From positions 1 through 24,484 of the IMG/VR virus record IMGVR_UViG_3300010293_000036: a stretch of DNA of 24,484 nucleotides. One strand, written 5' to 3'. Shown here piece by piece: positions 1-6,937 of this stretch; within the stretch, counting starts at the first letter, position 1, and the number at the start of each line of letters is the position of its first letter. Below the pieces are notes generated by a model. That model searched no databases, had not been told where the DNA came from, and saw only the letters and a list, made by a program, of their open reading frames with translations. The translations under genes and the position numbers were made by a program. The stretch is from a virus (lineage: Duplodnaviria > Caudoviricetes).

Positions 1-248
1 CAGCCCAAGGCCAGCATGGTCTCGAGCTCAGCCCGCTCCTCGTCGCCCCAGCCAACCAGTTCGGCGATGCATTGCTTCAGTCGTTCGTCCTTCAGCTTCG
101 AAGCAGCGACCATGAGGTACTCAAGATCGTCGCGACTGAGGTTCCCTCGGCCATGCATCAACGCGGTGCAGCGGACCGCGTAGTGCTTGATCAGTGAGTC
201 GTGATACTCCTTCGAGCCAACCTGCACGGTCTTTTGCTTCTTAGGCAT
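1..248 (-). CDS. Hypothetical phage protein, truncated at the window edge (MPKKQKTVQVGSKEYHDSLIKHYAVRCTALMHGRGNLSRDDLEYL...)
   Basis: Not in the ORF track; translated by hand. ATG at 248-246 overlaps the end of the J-domain gene (ATGCCTAA) and the frame stays open to the window edge. Confidence 0.75.
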   Translation of the reverse strand, partial: MPKKQKTVQVGSKEYHDSLIKHYAVRCTALMHGRGNLSRDDLEYLMVAASKLKDERLKQCIAELVGWGDEERAELETMLALG

Positions 249-519
249 GGCCTGAACCTCCGCAGGCTGGGCAAGGCATGTCGATGCTATGGAAGCCGTG
301 CGTCTGCTTGACCTTGCCGCTGCCTGAACAGGTGCTGCAGGGTTTGGGCGCGCTGGCTTCTTCCATAGCGACCTTGTAGGCCTTACGGATCTCGTTGAAC
401 TCAAAGGCGTTGCCGCCGCGGTCGGGGTGGTGGACCATGACCAACTCACGCCACTTCGCCTTGACCTCATCAGGCGTCGCGGTCTCAGTCAGACCTAGAG
501 TCGCGAACGCCTTGCTCAT
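241..519 (-). CDS. Small J-domain (DnaJ-like) protein with a C-terminal Zn finger, 92 aa
   Basis: J-domain pattern with HPD (LGL..ATPDEVKAKWRELVMVHHPDRGG..F.EI..AY) followed by two CxxCxGxG motifs (CSTCSGSG, CPACGGSG). Start moved to ATG 519, which has a GGAG SD and an ATGA overlap with the upstream ORF. Confidence 0.9.
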   Translation of the reverse strand: MSKAFATLGLTETATPDEVKAKWRELVMVHHPDRGGNAFEFNEIRKAYKVAMEEASAPKPCSTCSGSGKVKQTHGFHSIDMPCPACGGSGHA

Positions 520-674
520 ACCAGACTCCATCCAAACTTGAACAGCAGCCACATGAGTTTGAAGGCCAAGCCGGTCAGCACCAAAGATACTGGGCCACCG
601 AGCAACAGGACCGACCAGCTCACGATGAACTCACGCCAGTTGCTGGCGCCGTAGCGATCACGCCTCCAGTTCAT
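516..674 (-). CDS. Small membrane protein, 52 aa (MNWRRDRYGASNWREFIVSWSVLLLGGPVSLVLTGLAFKLMWLLFKFGWSLV)
   Basis: Below the ORF-track size cutoff. It has a GAGGTG SD, fills the gap between the DUF3310 and J-domain genes, overlaps the latter by ATGA, and has a long hydrophobic stretch. Confidence 0.75.
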   Translation of the reverse strand: MNWRRDRYGASNWREFIVSWSVLLLGGPVSLVLTGLAFKLMWLLFKFGWSLV

Positions 675-921
675 TCAGCACCTCGTCCAGTTTGGTGGCG
701 TACCAGATGGCCTTGCGGTTGTCCTCGACCGAGTCAGCCTTCTTGCCCAGGCGCCACTGGTACTTGATGACCTGGCCACGCAGGAAACCGATGAACTGCT
801 CCCGGCCCAGGGCGGCACGGATGGCGTCGATGCACTCAACCCCGTTGTCGGTCTCGGCGTAGTGGGGCGGGTGGTTGACCATGTCCTTCTTAGGGTCGGT
901 CTTAGTGGTCTTGCGTTGCAT
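658..921 (-). CDS. DUF3310 protein (T7 gp1.7-like nucleotide kinase family), 87 aa
   Basis: Signature DMVNHPPHY...VECIDAI...GFLRGQVIKYQWRLGKK...EDNRKAIWY. AAGGAG SD before ATG 921; the ORF-track start at 1017 lies deep inside thyX. Confidence 0.85.
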   Translation of the reverse strand: MQRKTTKTDPKKDMVNHPPHYAETDNGVECIDAIRAALGREQFIGFLRGQVIKYQWRLGKKADSVEDNRKAIWYATKLDEVLNELEA

Positions 922-1570
922 CGAGAATCTCCTTGAGTGAGGGCATGACATGGAGCAGAGCGAGGCGGCACATGACCGCAAGCTCACGATGCTCCTTCTG
1001 GGTACCGTTGCCGGCACGGAGTTGGATGTAGTGAATCCAACTGCGGATCGAACCTGCCATGTACAACCGGCTGACGGTCAGGCCCTCAGGCAAGACCGCC
1101 CTGGCCACCTCCTTCGCGATACCTTGCTCCAAGGCCCACTGGTAGGTCTGGCGGGTCAGCTCAGCTGTTCGGCTTTGCAGCGTGCACCACTGGCGTTGCA
1201 ACTCAGCATCATCGGTCTCAGTGCTGTTCTGGCGGTTCTTGGTGTCTTGCAGACGGGCTTCGCGGAGCATCACATCGTCGGTGACCTCGGCGTACCGCTG
1301 GCTGAACTCTTGGAACGAGAACGAGCGGTGGCGCAGAATCTGCCGGGCGATGTCGCGGGTTGTCTGGATCTCCATGACGGCGTGGGCCATCTCGAACGGC
1401 GACCAGTGGTGGTTGCGAGTCAGGTAGTTCAGCAGACGAGGGGCCGTCTCGTGGTTGGCTTGGTTGCTCGGGTTCGAGACCCGAGCGCAGTAGGCCACCA
1501 GCTCCTCGCCCGTCTGAACGCCATCAAGCTCGATGGGCTGCGTGAAAGCGATCAGACGGACTTGGCTCAT
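902..1570 (-). CDS. thyX: FAD-dependent thymidylate synthase
   Basis: ThyX motif RHRSFSFQEFSQRY (RHRx7-8S), plus HWSPFE, ARVS, KEVARAVLP and R...TQKEHR. Confidence 0.96.
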   Translation of the reverse strand: MSQVRLIAFTQPIELDGVQTGEELVAYCARVSNPSNQANHETAPRLLNYLTRNHHWSPFEMAHAVMEIQTTRDIARQILRHRSFSFQEFSQRYAEVTDDVMLREARLQDTKNRQNSTETDDAELQRQWCTLQSRTAELTRQTYQWALEQGIAKEVARAVLPEGLTVSRLYMAGSIRSWIHYIQLRAGNGTQKEHRELAVMCRLALLHVMPSLKEILDATQDH

Positions 1571-1779
1571 GACTCTTCGCCCTCGTCGAGCTCAGCGCAC
1601 AGGCCGTTGATAAACTCGAGCAGCTCGGCCTTGGCGGTCGGCACGCCGGTCTGCTCAATCTCGACGTCCTTCTTCTTGCAGCCCAGCTGCTCGACCAGCT
1701 CGTCACGCTTGGCGCGAGCATCCGCGTTCGTGGCCGCGTAGCGCTTGGCGCCCGGGCCTGTTACCAGATAGCAGCGCAT
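1567..1779 (-). CDS. Hypothetical protein, 70 aa
   Basis: TAAGGAG SD, ATGA overlap with thyX, phage-typical codon usage. Confidence 0.8.
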   Translation of the reverse strand: MRCYLVTGPGAKRYAATNADARAKRDELVEQLGCKKKDVEIEQTGVPTAKAELLEFINGLCAELDEGEES

Positions 1780-1806
1780 AAGAAACTCCTTATTTACATT
1801 GAGGTG

Positions 1807-1843
1807 AAAAGAAAGGTGCCTAGGAACTGAACTCCTGGCACCC
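1807..1843 (-). terminator. Rho-independent terminator after the 63-aa gene
   Basis: Minus strand reads GGTGCC-AGGA-gttcagt-TCCT-a-GGCACC followed by TTTCTTTT. Confidence 0.8.
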
Positions 1844-1858
1844 TTGCGGCTGTGAAGC

Positions 1859-2050
1859 TTAGGCAGCTTCCTTGATACCGGCGACGATGCCCTTGATGAC
1901 TTCCTTCGCAGCCTTCGCAGCGGCCTTGTCCTCGGGCAGCTCGGCTTCCTTGATCACGGTCAGGACACGCTTGGTCTCGGCCTTCACGGCCTTGGTGACT
2001 TCCTTCTCGACCAGGGCGGCGACTTTCTCGTCTTGCAGCAATTTGCTCAT
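1859..2050 (-). CDS. Small Ala/Lys/Glu-rich helical protein, 63 aa (MSKLLQDEKVAALVEKEVTK...)
   Basis: GGAG SD 6 nt before ATG 2050. Strongly biased codons (AAG, GCC, ATC). Flanked by its own promoter and terminator. Confidence 0.85.
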   Translation of the reverse strand: MSKLLQDEKVAALVEKEVTKAVKAETKRVLTVIKEAELPEDKAAAKAAKEVIKGIVAGIKEAA

Positions 2051-2104
2051 GATGAACTCCAATTGGTTGATGATAGCCTTGGGAAGATCCCCTCAGCAGT
2101 TGCG

Positions 2105-2133
2105 ATTCTAATCTGCGCCAGCACGGCTGTAAA
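2105..2133 (-). promoter_or_regulatory. Sigma70-like leftward promoter P1
   Basis: TTTACA-17 nt-TAGAAT in the gap after the primase-helicase stop. Confidence 0.8.
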
Positions 2134-2142
2134 CATGTGGTT

Positions 2143-4242
2143 TCAATATTTTGCGGCTTTTTGCCCGCTTTGCTTCTTGTCCCACTTGTTCAGGTGCTCG
2201 ATCACAAGGGGCCCAACAGCCGTGAGCCAGTGGTCCACGTTCCGCACCGCGTAGAACCGGCCCTGAGACCCATCGGCCAAGCGCACCGGCTTCCCGTTGC
2301 AGACCTGCCTGACCCCGGCCCGCGCCAGCTCGCGACCCAGCCCGTTGGCTGTGGTGCCGGTCCGCCCAGTTGGGTCGTAGAACTGCAGCAGCTCCTTGCT
2401 GGTGAACAAGTCCTTGTCGATGACCAGCTCCCCGACCCGCAGCACGTGGTCCGGGGTCGCCAGGAGCATGCGCACCCAACCGGCTAGGTCCGATTGCACG
2501 TTGGCGATCATCCGCTCCTTGGCTGCCGTCTTGAAGGCCGGGGCTGCCGGGTTGAAGTCGCCCAGGTCCAGGTTCAGCAGGTAGTCGAACACCGCAGCCG
2601 AGCCGCCCGTGTCCAGCCACAAGTCGTACTCCATGTAGAACGCCTCGTCCATGGGGCCGACTTGCACCTCGTGGATGAAGAAGCGCCGGTCGTCGTCTTC
2701 CAAGAAGAACGAATCCGGGTGATTGGCGGTGAAGAAGTAGTTGATGCAGTCCGGCACCGTGTAGGTAGGCACGTACTTGCCGTTGACGCGGAGCTCCCGC
2801 TGCGTGATGAGCTTCTTGAGGAAGTCGGCATCCTGCCGCTTGTTCGAGCCGGTCACGTCGTCGCCCATGACGAACTGCTTGCCCTCGGCCCACTCGTTGA
2901 AGGCGCCGTGCAGATCCATCTGGCTAATCTCGGTGAAGTTCTTCCCGTAGATCCGGGCCAGCGTGTAGCCCAGCAGTGACTTACCTGTACCGTGGCGGAT
3001 GCCGTGGATGACGACCGAGCTGAACAACTTGACACCCGGGTGCTGCAAGGGGTAAGCGCACCAGCGCAGGAACCACTGCTTGGCCTCAGGTTCGGCGTTC
3101 GTGAAGATGTGGTCGACAAGCTGCAGGAACAGACTGACGTCGTCCTCAACCGGTTCGACACCCCAGCCCGGCCAGATGTTGAACATAGGCCTCGGCTCCG
3201 TGATGAAGCGCTCAGACCCAGGCTGGTAGGTGAGCTTCGTGACCTCCGTGCGCAAGGGCCAGCGCAACCAAGCGGCAGCTGCCGAGACCGCCTTAAAGCT
3301 GACCGCGCCATCCTGCTTGAGGTTTCGCTCATGGTAGTTGAGAGGCGCCTGCAGGTGCTCCTTGAAGGCAGATGGTGAAGCCTTGAACCGGGTGTCTTGA
3401 TCGACGATGAGACCCGGGTCTTGCACGTAGACGTACTTGTCGTTCAGCGACCACAGCGGAGCCGTCAGCCCCAGGGGCTCAGCCTCCGTGAGCAAGCCGC
3501 GGAACATCGTGACGGCTGAGGGTCCGGCGTGGACGAGGAAGTCATCAAGCCCTACCTTCTCAAGGCCTGGTAGCTGCGGCAGCGAGACCAGATGCACGAA
3601 GCACCCGCGCCGATGCAACTCCTCAGCCAGTTCACGCAAAGCCGCGCAGACCATGGGGTTGGTCTTGTAGTCCGAGTCGAAGCAGATGTAAACGTTACGC
3701 TTGAGCCACCGCACGAGGTCGAGGCTGGGGAGCCAATCGACGCCGAGTTTGTGGCTGCGCCAGTTGTACACGCCACCCAGCCCGATGGTGGGGAAGCCTT
3801 CCTTGCAGGCCTTGGCGGCTTTGAGTTCGCCCTCAGTGAGGATCAAGGGTTGGTCGGTGTCGCCAAGCAGACCAGACCAGTCTTGGTTGGCTGGGTAGTA
3901 GGCGACGGGCGCCGTGTTGGGTTCTTGCACGTACCTGACTGGCTTCTTCTCAGTCATCGATGAGAAGTCAGTTGCGGTCTCGAGGTACCTGAGGCGGTAG
4001 AAGGGCTTGCTGCCCGGCCAGTCGCTGAGGGGTTTGCCGTCAGGGTCTAGGTAATCGATGCGGAGACTACAAAGCTGCTTGAATGCTTGGTGCTGAGCCG
4101 CCGTCTGCTGGGCTCCTAAGCAGTGCATACTAAGCAGCTTGGCGTCGTCGAGCGTGAGCCCGCTTGATTTGAGCTTGGCTTCGCCTAGGGCGAGCGCTTT
4201 GTGGTCGGCGGCTGGTGCCGTCTTCTTTCTTGTGGTTGCCAT
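2143..4242 (-). CDS. Primase-helicase: N-terminal Toprim-like domain (DUF3854-like) and C-terminal SF3 helicase (NrS-1/DUF5906-like), 699 aa
   Basis: Toprim motifs LILTEGELKA, TIGLGGVYNW, VYICFDSD, KVGLDDF. Walker A GIRHGTGKS, Walker B FVMGDD, then FTANH and DDRRF. GAGGA SD. Confidence 0.9.
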   Translation of the reverse strand: MATTRKKTAPAADHKALALGEAKLKSSGLTLDDAKLLSMHCLGAQQTAAQHQAFKQLCSLRIDYLDPDGKPLSDWPGSKPFYRLRYLETATDFSSMTEKKPVRYVQEPNTAPVAYYPANQDWSGLLGDTDQPLILTEGELKAAKACKEGFPTIGLGGVYNWRSHKLGVDWLPSLDLVRWLKRNVYICFDSDYKTNPMVCAALRELAEELHRRGCFVHLVSLPQLPGLEKVGLDDFLVHAGPSAVTMFRGLLTEAEPLGLTAPLWSLNDKYVYVQDPGLIVDQDTRFKASPSAFKEHLQAPLNYHERNLKQDGAVSFKAVSAAAAWLRWPLRTEVTKLTYQPGSERFITEPRPMFNIWPGWGVEPVEDDVSLFLQLVDHIFTNAEPEAKQWFLRWCAYPLQHPGVKLFSSVVIHGIRHGTGKSLLGYTLARIYGKNFTEISQMDLHGAFNEWAEGKQFVMGDDVTGSNKRQDADFLKKLITQRELRVNGKYVPTYTVPDCINYFFTANHPDSFFLEDDDRRFFIHEVQVGPMDEAFYMEYDLWLDTGGSAAVFDYLLNLDLGDFNPAAPAFKTAAKERMIANVQSDLAGWVRMLLATPDHVLRVGELVIDKDLFTSKELLQFYDPTGRTGTTANGLGRELARAGVRQVCNGKPVRLADGSQGRFYAVRNVDHWLTAVGPLVIEHLNKWDKKQSGQKAAKY

Positions 4243-4404
4243 TGTGTTTCGGTCCTCAATTCGTCGATCATAGCCGCCTCAGCATCGGCCTACCATGCGC
4301 TCAGCCGCATGAAAAGGTGGCCACCCCGACCATGAACCTTGCTGAGGGGATCGACGCGGACCATGGTTTAACAACCGAAGGAGACGTCACGACCGGGGCG
4401 GCCA
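4243..4404 (-). ncRNA. Putative structured 5' leader (cis-regulatory RNA) of the primase-helicase mRNA
   Basis: Nested inverted repeats 4358-4362/4251-4255, 4349-4356/4262-4269, 4340-4347/4277-4284 and apical hairpin 4294-4299/4306-4311. The outer stem covers part of the SD. Confidence 0.6.
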
Positions 4405-4410
4405 AGACAA

Positions 4411-4439
4411 ATTCTAGTTCGATTATTGCCAGACGTAAA
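4411..4439 (-). promoter_or_regulatory. Sigma70-like leftward promoter P2 (primase-helicase)
   Basis: TTTACG-17 nt-TAGAAT. Confidence 0.8.
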
Positions 4440-4446
4440 CGGTGGG

Positions 4447-4833
4447 TTATTTCTCCTGCCCGTAAGGCAACTTGATGATGTCTACCACCTCCATGGATTC
4501 TTGATCGAAGAACTGCGCACGAAGTCCTCCGGCCTTAGAGAACTTGATCTTGAGTGTTGACTCTTTGACACCTGCAAGCTTAGCTACAGCCTCCCAACCT
4601 TGAATTTGCCGAGTGGTTCCGTCCCGGTATTTGAGTTGGAATGGTTGCTCGACACGTCGCTTGGACCAGTATTCTGAAATGGTCTTCGATTGTTTGGCCC
4701 GCTGCTCCTCGTCCCAACGAGGCTTTGGGACTTGTAATTTGACCAGTTCGAGCAGTTCTTGTGGCGCTTGGCGCTTGGCGCTTGGAAGCGCATCCACCAA
4801 GTGTTGGAGCAAATTGATAAGTTCTGGGGCCAT
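4447..4833 (-). CDS. Putative DNA-binding protein, 128 aa (NUMOD3-like segment plus HTH-like segment)
   Basis: CAGGAG SD before ATG 4833. WDEEQRAKQSKTISEYW resembles a NUMOD3 repeat; GWEAVAKLAGVKESTLKIKF resembles an HTH. No nuclease motif seen. The function is tentative. Confidence 0.6.
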   Translation of the reverse strand: MAPELINLLQHLVDALPSAKRQAPQELLELVKLQVPKPRWDEEQRAKQSKTISEYWSKRRVEQPFQLKYRDGTTRQIQGWEAVAKLAGVKESTLKIKFSKAGGLRAQFFDQESMEVVDIIKLPYGQEK

Positions 4834-4857
4834 GGTCTTTCTCCTGTAAAGTGACAA

Positions 4858-4886
4858 ATCATATTCTATATTGAATGACCTGTAAA
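4858..4886 (-). promoter_or_regulatory. Sigma70-like leftward promoter P3
   Basis: TTTACA-17 nt-TATGAT upstream of the 128-aa gene. Confidence 0.75.
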
Positions 4887-5100
4887 CTACACTACCGCTA
4901 CAGAACTACTCAGCTACGGGGCGCCCTATTCTCTACTCCTCTCTTTCTAAATATATATCTTTATTTCTTTCTTTACTTTAGAAAGATAGAAAGAGAAGAG
5001 GACTGTAGTTTATGTAGTTTCTGAAAAACTCCTTACAGATTAACAACTTACGCTACTACAGAACTCGCTACACAGGCCGTGGCCCCGCCGCGGTGTAGTG
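4886..5100. repeat. AT-rich region with clustered CTAC/GTAG repeats; candidate replication origin or packaging site
   Basis: Nine CTAC and three GTAG copies. CTACAGAACT direct repeat at 4898-4907 and 5056-5065. Pyrimidine tract then purine tract (4929-5002) with inverted symmetry. IHF-like GATTAACAACTTA at 5038-5050. Confidence 0.65.
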
Positions 5101-5144
5101 GGCCTCCCACCTATGTACGAGAGGCTCCACATGTGTTAGAGCGG

Positions 5145-5173
5145 TTTACGCCACGGTGGAAACAAGTTACGAT
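5145..5173 (+). promoter_or_regulatory. Sigma70-like rightward promoter P4 (packaging/structural operon)
   Basis: TTTACG-17 nt-TACGAT, about 50 nt upstream of terS. Confidence 0.75.
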
Positions 5174-5181
5174 CCGCCCAT

Positions 5182-5200
5182 TCGTGAATTTGATTCACAA
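5182..5200. promoter_or_regulatory. Operator-like palindrome, copy 1 (TCGTGAA-tttga-TTCACAA)
   Basis: Near-perfect inverted repeat just downstream of the P4 -10 box; a second copy lies at 16258-16276. Confidence 0.7.
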
Positions 5201-5222
5201 CTTTTCTTTGTGGAGTGGGCCT

Positions 5223-5591
5223 ATGGCAGTTGGTGGAGCGCGACCAGGAGCAGGGCGGCCGAAAGGTCGGACCAACTCCGTCACCGCCGAAGCCCGCAAG
5301 GTCGCTGCTGAGTCCGGGATGCTGCCCCACGAGTGGTTGTTGAAGGTGTCACGCGGCGAGCCCATTGAGCAGAAGCGTTGGAAGATCATCTACGACAAGC
5401 AGGGCAACGAGAAAGGTCGCGAGCTGATCACCGAAGAGGTATATGCTGACTTCCCCACCCGCATCGATGCCGCAAAAGCCGCCTCCCCGTACTACGCACC
5501 TCGCCTTGCCGTGCAAAACGTCTCGATCACTGGCAACACTGACGCCGTGTCTGAGACCCTGAAATCCATCGCGGAGAAGCTGCCTGTATGA
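5223..5591 (+). CDS. terS: Terminase small subunit (probable), 122 aa
   Basis: GGARPGAGRPKG N-terminus and RIDAAKAASPYYAPRL motif. GGAG SD before ATG 5223. ATGA overlap with terL. Confidence 0.75.
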   Translation: MAVGGARPGAGRPKGRTNSVTAEARKVAAESGMLPHEWLLKVSRGEPIEQKRWKIIYDKQGNEKGRELITEEVYADFPTRIDAAKAASPYYAPRLAVQNVSITGNTDAVSETLKSIAEKLPV

Positions 5592-6934
5592 GCGAGCTTC
5601 AGGCCATCAACCCAGCTCACGCGCAGGACATTGCCCGTTGGTACCCGCTGACTGAGCACCCGGTGCAGACCTCTTTGGTCAATGACCCAGTGCGGTTCAA
5701 GGTGGTCCCGGCTGGTCGCCGGTCAGGCAAGACAGAACGCGCCAAGCGCTTCGTGGTTCGTGAGGCCATGCGGGAACCCGGCCCCTACTTCGTAGCTGCT
5801 CCCACTCGGGACCAAGTCAAGCGGATCTACTGGGCCGACCTCAAGCGCCTGTGCTTCACCTCAGTCTTGGGCGACCGCTCAGTGAGCGAGTCTGAGCTAC
5901 AGATCCGCCTCCCCAACGGCAGCACGATCAGCCTTATCGGTCTTGACCAACCTCAGCGCATGGAAGGTGTGTTCTGGGCTGGCGGCATCATCGACGAGAT
6001 TGCTGACGTACGCGAAGGTGCTTGGGAGGAGAACATCAGCCCAGCCCTCGACACGTTCAACCCGACCAAGCCTGACTATCGCGCATGGTGCTGGTTGATC
6101 GGTGTACCTGACGGCTTGAACCACTACTACGAGATGGCCGAGTACGCCAGGACCAGCAATGATCTTGACTGGAAGCTGTACACGTGGAAGTCGGCCGACA
6201 TCCTGCCTGCTGACGTCATCGAGGCCGCCAAGCGCCGCATGTCGTTGAAGCAGTTCCGCCAGGAGTACGAAGCCAGCTTCGAGACGGCTGCGGGCAAGGT
6301 CTACGAGGACTATGGCCCTGAGAACGAGACGAATGAAACCATCAAGCCCCATGAGCAACTCATGTGGCACCACGACTTCAACTACACGCCCATGTCGTCT
6401 GGCATCGGTGTGCGTCGTGGCGATGACTTCTACATCCTCGACGAGATCGTGCTCCAGTCCGCAGTGGCTCGGCAATCGGCCCTTGAGTTCGTGGAGAAGT
6501 TCAAGAACCACAAAAACCGGACTGTCATCGTGTATGGTGACCCAGCAGGCCGAGCCGGTGAGAAGCACGGCCACGCCTCGGACTACACTGAGATCGAAGG
6601 TGTGCTGAAGTCGAACAACTGGACCGTGGTGCGCAAGGTCAAGAACGCAGCTCCTGCCATTCGTGATCGCCAGAACGCCGTGCGTGCCAAGATTTGCAAC
6701 GCGGCTGGGAAGCGTAGTCTCTTCGTGAACCCGGTCACGGCACCTTACGCTCACAAGGGCTTGGCCACCGTGCAGATCAAGAAGGGTTCTACCTTCCTTG
6801 AGGAGGATGGCGAGTATCAGCACATCACGACGGCCATCGGCTACTGCGTCGACCACGAATGGCCAGTGCGTCCGGAACCCAAGAAGATCGATGCAACTCC
6901 GGTCGCCTCTGTCCACCATTTCAACAGGAACTAA
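5588..6934 (+). CDS. terL: Terminase large subunit, 448 aa
   Basis: Walker A AGRRSGKT, Walker B GIIDE, FRQEYEASF, and RNase H-like nuclease acidic motifs (HHDFN, YGDPAG). Confidence 0.95.
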   Translation: MSELQAINPAHAQDIARWYPLTEHPVQTSLVNDPVRFKVVPAGRRSGKTERAKRFVVREAMREPGPYFVAAPTRDQVKRIYWADLKRLCFTSVLGDRSVSESELQIRLPNGSTISLIGLDQPQRMEGVFWAGGIIDEIADVREGAWEENISPALDTFNPTKPDYRAWCWLIGVPDGLNHYYEMAEYARTSNDLDWKLYTWKSADILPADVIEAAKRRMSLKQFRQEYEASFETAAGKVYEDYGPENETNETIKPHEQLMWHHDFNYTPMSSGIGVRRGDDFYILDEIVLQSAVARQSALEFVEKFKNHKNRTVIVYGDPAGRAGEKHGHASDYTEIEGVLKSNNWTVVRKVKNAAPAIRDRQNAVRAKICNAAGKRSLFVNPVTAPYAHKGLATVQIKKGSTFLEEDGEYQHITTAIGYCVDHEWPVRPEPKKIDATPVASVHHFNRN

Positions 6935-6937
6935 ACC

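Noticed and set aside
950-2893. 263-aa ORF antisense to thyX and 261-aa alternative-frame ORF in the primase gene
   Set aside because: They almost entirely overlap well-supported genes and have the composition typical of off-frame translation.
2086-4352. 13-bp inverted repeats as ends of an invertible or transposable primase cassette
   Set aside because: No recombinase or transposase in the window, no target duplication noticed, and inversion would detach the primase gene from P2. An RNA-level explanation fits better.
4290-4364. 24-codon uORF (MVRVDPLSKVHGRGGHLFMRLSAW) in the primase leader
   Set aside because: No SD upstream; the region is better explained by RNA structure.
4886-5100. CRISPR-like array or att site
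   Set aside because: The repeats are 4-10 bp with irregular spacing; no cas gene, integrase or tRNA-derived sequence is seen.
5079-5222. N-terminal extension of terS in the ORF track
   Set aside because: It runs through promoter P4 and the palindrome, while ATG 5223 has a proper SD.
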